This document shows, piece after piece, positions 58,237 to 64,000 of a stretch of 64,000 nt of DNA (positions are counted from its first letter, which is position 1; every line of letters begins with the position of its first letter). The notes under the pieces are model-generated. The model saw only the letters and a program-made list of their open reading frames with translations. It ran no database searches and was not told the origin of the DNA. The position numbers and the translations under genes were made by a program. The stretch is from the NCBI GenBank assembly GCA_029960955.1, contig JASBVS010000003.1, positions 6,194-70,193 of the forward strand, given 5' to 3'. This stretch comes from Bacillota bacterium. Its GTDB lineage: Bacteria > Bacillota > Sulfobacillia > JAIMAT01.

Positions 58237-58320
58237 CTCCTTGCGCGGGGCGGAGGGGCAGGTCGGAAGGGTGGCCCGGCGGCCGGGCGGCGGCCGTCCG
58301 GATGCGAAGGGGGTGAGGCC

Positions 58321-58845
58321 ATGGAGTTCGCGCTGGCGGTGAGGGTCGAGAACGAGCCCGGGGTTCTGGCCAGGGTGGCGTCGCTGGTGAGCCGCCGCGG
58401 CTTCAACATCGAGAGCCTGGCGGTCGGTCCCACGGAGGACGCCTCGGTGTCGCGGATCACGCTGGTCTGCAAGGGGGACGAGCGCGACCGGGAGCGGCTC
58501 CGCCGCCAGCTCGAGAAGCTGGTCGAGGTGCTGGAGGCCTGGCACGTGCCGGGGGAGAGCTCGGTGCGGCGCGAGCTGGCGCTGGTGCGGGTGCGAGCCG
58601 ATCCCGGCCGCAGGGCCGAGCTTCTGCAGGTGGCCGGCATCTTCCGATCGCGGGTGGTGCATGTCGACCGGAGCGCGCTGGTGCTGGAGACGACGGGCGA
58701 CCCGGAGAAGATCCAGGCCTGGCTCGAGGTGCTGAGAGACTTCGGGATCGAGGAAGTGGCCCGCACCGGGATCGTGGCGCTCGACCGCGAGCGACGCGCG
58801 GTCCCGCAGGCGGAGTTCGAGAGCCGCGAGGAGGCGGCCTTCTGA
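58321..58845 (+). CDS. ilvH: Acetolactate synthase small (regulatory) subunit.
   Basis: [49 protein letters not shown] (ACT domain) plus a C-terminal AHAS-small domain. ATG at 58321; the ORF-track start at 58087 lies inside the T-box leader. Confidence 0.85.
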   Translation: MEFALAVRVENEPGVLARVASLVSRRGFNIESLAVGPTEDASVSRITLVCKGDERDRERLRRQLEKLVEVLEAWHVPGESSVRRELALVRVRADPGRRAELLQVAGIFRSRVVHVDRSALVLETTGDPEKIQAWLEVLRDFGIEEVARTGIVALDRERRAVPQAEFESREEAAF

Positions 58846-58879
58846 GCCGTCCCGATCGACCGGATGGAGGGATGGAAGG

Positions 58880-59935
58880 ATGGGCAGGATCTGGTATGAG
58901 GCGGACGCCGACCCGCGGCTCCTGCAGGGCAAGAGCGTGGCGGTGATCGGCTACGGCAGCCAGGGCCACGCGCAGGCGCAGAACCTGCGCGACCACGGCG
59001 TCGACGTGATCGTGGGCATCCGGCCCGGGGCGAGCGCCCGAAGGGCGGAGGCGGACGGCTTCCCCGTCTTCGACGTGGCGGAGGCCACCCGGCGCGCCGA
59101 CATCGTCCACATCCTGGTCAACGACGAGGTGCAGCGCGACCTCTACGAGAGCGCCATCCGGCCCCACCTGCGCCCGGGCATGGCGCTCGGCTTCTCCCAC
59201 GGTTTCAACATCCACTACGGCCAGATCGTGCCGCCGCCGGGCGTCGACGTCTTCCTGGTGGCGCCCAAGGCGCCCGGGCACGAGTTCCGGCGGCTGGTCC
59301 GCGAGGGACAGGGCGTGCCGGCCCTCCTCGCCGTCGCGCAGGACGCCAGCGGGCAGGCCTGGGATCTCGCCCTGGCCTTCGCCTGGGGCATCGGCTGCGC
59401 CCGCGCGGGCGTCATCGAGACCACCTTCCGCGAGGAGACGGAGTCCGACCTCTTCGGCGAGCAGGCGGTCCTCTGCGGCGGTGTCAGCGAGCTGATCAAG
59501 GCCGGCTTCGAGACGCTGGTCGAGGCCGGCTACCAGCCCGAGATCGCCTACTTCGAGTGCCTCAACGAGATGAAGCTGATCGTGGACCTCATCTACCAGG
59601 GCGGCCTCGCCTGGATGCGCTACTCGGTCTCGGACACGGCCGAGTACGGCGACATGACGCGCGGACCGCGGGTGATCGACGGGCACGTGCGCGAGAACAT
59701 GCGCCGGCTCCTGGCCGAGATCCAGGACGGCAGCTTCGCGCGCGAGTGGATCCTGGAGAACCGGGCCGGGCGGCCGGTCTACCGGGCGCGCCAGCGGCAG
59801 GAGCGGGAGCACCCCATCGAGGCGGTGGGTCGCAAGCTCCGCGCCATGATGCCGTGGACGGGGAACCGGCTTCCTCCGGACATGGAGCAGGCGGCCGAGA
59901 AGGCGCCCTCGGGCGCCGGCGCGGCCACCCGTTGA
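58880..59935 (+). CDS. ilvC: Ketol-acid reductoisomerase.
   Basis: [50 protein letters not shown]...[16 protein letters not shown]...[11 protein letters not shown]. Confidence 0.95.
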   Translation: MGRIWYEADADPRLLQGKSVAVIGYGSQGHAQAQNLRDHGVDVIVGIRPGASARRAEADGFPVFDVAEATRRADIVHILVNDEVQRDLYESAIRPHLRPGMALGFSHGFNIHYGQIVPPPGVDVFLVAPKAPGHEFRRLVREGQGVPALLAVAQDASGQAWDLALAFAWGIGCARAGVIETTFREETESDLFGEQAVLCGGVSELIKAGFETLVEAGYQPEIAYFECLNEMKLIVDLIYQGGLAWMRYSVSDTAEYGDMTRGPRVIDGHVRENMRRLLAEIQDGSFAREWILENRAGRPVYRARQRQEREHPIEAVGRKLRAMMPWTGNRLPPDMEQAAEKAPSGAGAATR

Positions 59936-59958
59936 GAGCCTGGGAAGGGGGAGGCGTC

Positions 59959-61152
59959 ATGCGCAGGATCTACATCTTCGACACCACGCTGCGAGACGGC
60001 GAGCAGTCGCCGGGCGTCAACCTGCTGCCCGAGGAGAAGCTGGAGATCGCGCACCAGCTGGAGCGGCTGGACGTCGACGTGATCGAGGCCGGCTTCCCCG
60101 CCACCTCCGAGGGCGACTTCCTGGCGGTCTCGCGCATCGCCCAGGAAGTGCGCGAGCCGGTGATCGCGGCGCTGGCCCGCACCCACCCCTCCGACATCGA
60201 GGCGGCGGCGCGCGCGCTGGAGAAGGCGGCGCGGCCCCGCATCCACACCTTCACCTCGTTCTCGCGCATCCACATCGAGCGCATGCTGCGCAAGAGCGAG
60301 GAAGAGGTCCTGGAGATGAGCGTCGCCGCCGTCCGCCAGGCCCGGCGCTACGTCGACGACGTCGAGTTCAGCGGGCAGGACGCGGGCCGCGCCGACCCGG
60401 AGTACATGGTACGCGTCATCGAGGCGGTGATCGAGGCGGGCGCCACGGTGATCAACATCCCCGACACGGTCGGCTGGACGCTTCCGGAGGAGTTCGGGGC
60501 GCTGATCGCCACCCTCCGCCGGCGCGTCCGCGGCATCGAGCGGGTCACCCTCTCCGTCCACTGCCACAACGACCTCGGCCTGGCGACGGCCAACACGCTG
60601 GCCGGCCTCCAGGCGGGCGCCGACCAGGCGGAGGTGGCGGTCAACGGCATCGGCGAGCGGGCCGGGAACACCTCGCTGGAAGAGGTGGTGATGGCCATCG
60701 CCGCCCGCGGCGACCGGCTGGGGATGTACACCGGCGTGGAGACGCGCGAGATCATGGCGGCCAGCCAGCTGGTCCGGCGCCTGACGGGCATGCCGGTCCA
60801 GCCCAACAAGGCGATCGTCGGCGCCAACGCCTTCGCCCACGAGTCGGGCATCCACCAGGACGGCGTGCTGAAGGAGCGCCGCACCTACGAGATCCTGGAC
60901 CCCGAGGCGGTCGGGCTGGACAGCTCCAACCTGGTCCTGGGCAAGCACTCGGGCCGGCACGCCTTCGCCGCCCGGCTGGAGGCGCTCGGCTACCGGCTGG
61001 AGCGGGAGCGGCTGGAGGCGGCCTTCCGCCGCTTCAAGGCCCTGACCGACCAGACCAAGGAGGTGCGCGACGGCGACCTGGTGGCGCTGGTGGAGGCGAG
61101 CCTGCGCGAGGAAGCCGAAGCCGTGGCCGACCACGGAGGCGACGCGGCATGA
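59959..61152 (+). CDS. leuA: 2-isopropylmalate synthase, short form (397 aa), lacking the C-terminal LeuA-dimer/leucine-binding regulatory domain.
   Basis: [22 protein letters not shown]...[45 protein letters not shown]...[12 protein letters not shown] at 59959. The stop TGA at 61150-61152 overlaps the leuB ATG, leaving no room for the regulatory domain. Confidence 0.85.
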   Translation: MRRIYIFDTTLRDGEQSPGVNLLPEEKLEIAHQLERLDVDVIEAGFPATSEGDFLAVSRIAQEVREPVIAALARTHPSDIEAAARALEKAARPRIHTFTSFSRIHIERMLRKSEEEVLEMSVAAVRQARRYVDDVEFSGQDAGRADPEYMVRVIEAVIEAGATVINIPDTVGWTLPEEFGALIATLRRRVRGIERVTLSVHCHNDLGLATANTLAGLQAGADQAEVAVNGIGERAGNTSLEEVVMAIAARGDRLGMYTGVETREIMAASQLVRRLTGMPVQPNKAIVGANAFAHESGIHQDGVLKERRTYEILDPEAVGLDSSNLVLGKHSGRHAFAARLEALGYRLERERLEAAFRRFKALTDQTKEVRDGDLVALVEASLREEAEAVADHGGDAA

Positions 61153-62354
61153 GCGAGGCGTGGAGGCTTCTCCTCCTGCCCGGCGACGGCATCGGGCCGG
61201 AGGTGAGCGAGGCGACCGAGGCGGTGCTGGAGGTCGCGGCCGCCTGGTTGGAGAGGCGGAGCGGGCGGGGCGTGGCGGTCCGGCGCGGCTGGATCGGCGG
61301 CGCGGCCATCGACCGCTGGGGGGTACCGCTTCCCGAGGAGACGCTGGAGGCGGCGCGCGCCTCGGACGCGGTCCTCCTGGCGGCGGTGGGCGGGCCGCGC
61401 TGGGAGCACCTGCCCGGCCACCTGCGGCCCGAGGCGGGGCTGCTGGCGCTGCGCCGGGAGCTGGGCGTCTACGCGAACCTGCGCCCGGCCACGGTCTGGC
61501 CGGGGCTGGAGGGCCGCTCGCCCCTCCGCCCGGAGGTGGTGGCCGGCACGGACTGCCTCGTCGTCCGCGAGCTGACGGGCGGCCTCTACTACGGCCAGCC
61601 GCGCGGTCGCGGCGTCGGCTCGGGCGGCGAGATCCGCGCCGTCGACACCATGGAGTACAGCGCCGACGAGATCCGCCGCGTGGCGCACGTCGCCTTCCGC
61701 GCCGCCCGGCGGCGCCGCCGGCTTGTGACCAGCGTCGACAAGGCCAACGTGCTGGAGAACTCGCGCCTCTGGCGGGAGGTCGTCTCCAACGTGGCGCGCG
61801 ACTACCCGGACGTCCGCCTCGAACACCAGCTGGTGGACAGCGCGGCCATGCTCCTGGTCAGCCAGCCGGCCCGCTTCGACGTGCTCCTGACGGAGAACCT
61901 CTTCGGCGACATCCTCAGCGACCTGGCCGGCGGCGTGGTGGGAAGCCTCGGCCTCCTGCCCTCGGCCAGCCTGGGCGACGGCGGGCCGGGCCTCTACGAG
62001 CCCGTCCACGGTTCGGCGCCCGACATCGCCGGCCAGGATCGCGCCAACCCGCTGGGCATGATCCTCTCGCTGGCGATGCTTTTCGAGAGCAGTTTCGGCG
62101 CGGCCTGGCTGGCCGCCGAGCTGCGCGAGGCGGTGGCCGCCGTGCTGGCCGAAGGCTGGCGGACGGCCGACATCGCCGCGCCCGGCGCGCGGCTGGCGGG
62201 CACGCGCGAGATGGGCCGGCGGGTGGCCCGGGAGCTGGAGAGGCGAGCCCGCGCCGGCGAGGCCGGCCCCGACGCCCGCGCCGGCCGGCGCTCCGGCGCC
62301 GAGTCCGAGCCGGTCGATTCGGCGGCCCGCCCGCACATGGCCGCGGGCGCCTGA
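61149..62354 (+). CDS. leuB: 3-isopropylmalate dehydrogenase.
   Basis: [11 protein letters not shown]...[11 protein letters not shown]...NLRP...SVDKANVLE...[31 protein letters not shown]. Confidence 0.9.
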   Translation: MSEAWRLLLLPGDGIGPEVSEATEAVLEVAAAWLERRSGRGVAVRRGWIGGAAIDRWGVPLPEETLEAARASDAVLLAAVGGPRWEHLPGHLRPEAGLLALRRELGVYANLRPATVWPGLEGRSPLRPEVVAGTDCLVVRELTGGLYYGQPRGRGVGSGGEIRAVDTMEYSADEIRRVAHVAFRAARRRRRLVTSVDKANVLENSRLWREVVSNVARDYPDVRLEHQLVDSAAMLLVSQPARFDVLLTENLFGDILSDLAGGVVGSLGLLPSASLGDGGPGLYEPVHGSAPDIAGQDRANPLGMILSLAMLFESSFGAAWLAAELREAVAAVLAEGWRTADIAAPGARLAGTREMGRRVARELERRARAGEAGPDARAGRRSGAESEPVDSAARPHMAAGA

Positions 62355-62369
62355 GAGGGAGGGATCGCG

Positions 62370-64000
62370 ATGCGCGCCAACGCAGCCGCCCAGCTCCTCC
62401 GCTGCCTGGAGGAGGAGGGCGTCGAGGTGATCTTCGGCTACCCCGGCGGCGCGGTCCTTCCGATTTACGACGCGCTGGTCGACGCGCCGATCCGCCACGT
62501 CCTGGTCCGCCACGAGCAGGGCGCGGTCCACGCCGCCGACGGCTACGCGCGCGCCTCCGGTCGCGTGGGCGTCTGCCTGGCCACCTCGGGCCCCGGGGCG
62601 ACCAACCTGGTGACCGGCCTGGCCACCGCCTACATGGACTCGGTGCCGGTGGTCGCCATCACCGGCCAGGTCGCGCGCCCGCTGGTCGGCTCCGACGCCT
62701 TCCAGGAAGCGGACGTGGTGGGCATCACCCGCGCCACCACCAAGCACAACTACGCGGTGACGCGCCCCGCGGAGCTGCCCCGCGTCGTCCACGAAGCCTT
62801 CCACCTGGCGCGGAGCGGCCGGCCCGGCCCCGTGCTGATCGACCTGCCCAAGGACGTCACCCTGGCCGACGGCCCCTTCCCCCATCCCCAGGCGCCCCCC
62901 TCGCGGCGCGGTTACCGCCCGCGGCTGGAGCCCGATCCGGCCGAGGTCGAGGCGGCTGCGGCCGCGCTGGCGGGGGCGCAGAGGCCGGTGGTGATGGTGG
63001 GCGGCGGCATCATCCACGGCGGGGCGGCGGGGGAGCTGCGGCGCTTCCTGGAGACGACGGGCTTCCCGGCGGTCAGCACGCTGATGGGGCTGGGCGCCCT
63101 GCCGGCCGACGACCCCCGCCACCTGGGGCTGGTGGGCATGCACGGCACCTACGCGGCCAACCGGGCCGTCAGCCAGGCCGACCTGGTGCTGGGGCTGGGT
63201 CTCCGCTTCGACGACCGCGTGACGGGCAACGCCTCGCGCTTCGCGCCGCGCGCGCGGATCGTCCACGTGGACATCGACCCCTCGGAGATCGGCAAGAACG
63301 TCCGCGCCGACGTGGCGGTCCTGGGGGATCTGATCCGCGTCCTGCCGCGCCTGCTGGAACGGCTTCTGGCCGTCTGGGCCGCCTCGGGCCGCCCGGACCC
63401 GGCGCCCTGGTGGGAGGCGCTCCGCTCCTGGCAGGCGCACCAGGGCTGGGACCTGCACACCCCCATGGAGCTGGGCGGGGAGGAAGGGCGACCGCTCCGT
63501 CCGCAGGGCGTGATCCAGCAGGTGGCGCGCGTGGCCGGCCCCGAGGCGATCGTGGCCACCGACGTGGGCCAGCACCAGATGTGGACGGCGCTCCTCTTCC
63601 CCTTCCGGCGACCGCGCCAGCTGATCACGTCCGGGGGTCTGGGCACCATGGGCTACGGGCTGCCGGCGGCCATCGGCGCCCAGATGGCCGAGCCGGAGAG
63701 GCCGGTCTGGCTGGTGACCGGCGACGGCAGCTTCCAGATGAACGTCCAGGAGATGGCCACCGCCGTCAACTACGGGCTCCCGCTCCGCGTGGTCATCGTC
63801 GACAACCGGAGCCTGGGCATGGTCCGCCAGTGGCAGGAGCTCTTCCACCAGGCGCGCTACTCGGCGGTCATGCTGGAGCCGCTCCCCGACTGGGTCCGCC
63901 TGGCCGAAGCCTACGGATGGCAAGGCTGGAAGGTGGAGCGGGCCGCCGAGCTGGAGCCCGCGCTGGCGGCGCTGGCCGAGGCCAGGGGCCCCGCGCTGGT
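62370..64000 (+). CDS. ilvB: Acetolactate synthase large (catalytic) subunit; the 3' end lies beyond the window.
   Basis: MRANAAAQLLRCLEEEGVEVIFGYPGGAVLPIYDAL...HEQGAVHAADGYARASGRVGVCLATSGPGATNLVTGLATAYMDSVPVVAITGQV...GTMGYGLPAAIGA...ITGDGSFQMN. ATG at 62370 after GAGAGGGAGGGA. It is not in the ORF track because there is no in-window stop. Confidence 0.85.
   Translation, partial: MRANAAAQLLRCLEEEGVEVIFGYPGGAVLPIYDALVDAPIRHVLVRHEQGAVHAADGYARASGRVGVCLATSGPGATNLVTGLATAYMDSVPVVAITGQVARPLVGSDAFQEADVVGITRATTKHNYAVTRPAELPRVVHEAFHLARSGRPGPVLIDLPKDVTLADGPFPHPQAPPSRRGYRPRLEPDPAEVEAAAAALAGAQRPVVMVGGGIIHGGAAGELRRFLETTGFPAVSTLMGLGALPADDPRHLGLVGMHGTYAANRAVSQADLVLGLGLRFDDRVTGNASRFAPRARIVHVDIDPSEIGKNVRADVAVLGDLIRVLPRLLERLLAVWAASGRPDPAPWWEALRSWQAHQGWDLHTPMELGGEEGRPLRPQGVIQQVARVAGPEAIVATDVGQHQMWTALLFPFRRPRQLITSGGLGTMGYGLPAAIGAQMAEPERPVWLVTGDGSFQMNVQEMATAVNYGLPLRVVIVDNRSLGMVRQWQELFHQARYSAVMLEPLPDWVRLAEAYGWQGWKVERAAELEPALAALAEARGPAL

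Overview
This is a very GC-rich window (about 70% GC) packed with conserved, mostly housekeeping genes on both strands. Several features point to a Gram-positive, Firmicute-type genome: an alpha/beta-type SASP, AroH-class chorismate mutase, Bacillus-type SdhC (cytochrome b558), a qcr menaquinol:cytochrome c reductase, T-box control of ilv-leu, and many GGAGG-type ribosome-binding sites. The composition resembles a Thermaerobacter-like thermophile, but that is inference only.

Genes in order:
- 1 to 4 kb: a partial membrane protein, folC and two nitrilase-superfamily genes.
- 4 to 11.6 kb: a complete aromatic amino-acid operon (aroH, DAHP synthase, tyrA, aroA, aroE, aroC, fused aroK-aroB).
- 11.8 to 17.2 kb: a GGDEF cyclase, an orphan HutP-family gene, ychF, a SAM methyltransferase and a UbiB/ABC1 kinase.
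- 17.3 to 23.4 kb: sdhCAB, then amidohydrolase, 2-hydroxyacid dehydrogenase and phosphosulfolactate synthase.
- 23.5 to 27 kb: a DUF441-like membrane protein, an ECF S-component with coaX, a ferredoxin and a NERD-like protein.
- 27 to 30.5 kb: the qcr cluster.
- 30.5 to 33.9 kb: HD hydrolase, SH3b protein, cysE and a thioesterase.
- 33.8 to 39 kb: a methionine cluster (yitJ plus two separate MetE-half-like genes) and yfcH.
- 39 to 43.7 kb: fumC, SASP, a class V aminotransferase with ArsR-rhodanese, and OsmC.
- 43.9 to 52.7 kb: cydABDC, mtnA and arsB-arsR.
- 53.6 to 64 kb: a branched-chain cluster split into two divergent operons (ilvD-leuD-leuC on the minus strand; T-box, ilvH-ilvC-leuA-leuB-ilvB on the plus strand).

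I found no rRNA, tRNA, CRISPR array, transposase or integrase, and no obvious defence island. The ORF track is full of long overlapping or antisense ORFs that I treat as GC-driven artefacts. Many true genes begin with GTG or TTG, so I re-placed several starts using conserved N-termini and Shine-Dalgarno sequences.

The most unusual things I can support are:
- a split cobalamin-independent methionine synthase (two translationally coupled MetE-half genes) next to yitJ;
- a short LeuA lacking the C-terminal regulatory domain, in a rearranged, T-box-controlled ilv-leu cluster;
- an orphan HutP-family gene next to stuttered repeats;
- a repeat and palindrome cluster at the arsR promoter;
- an AT-rich clamped hairpin upstream of cydA;
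- a non-canonical qcr gene order with a separate subunit IV and diheme cytochrome c.
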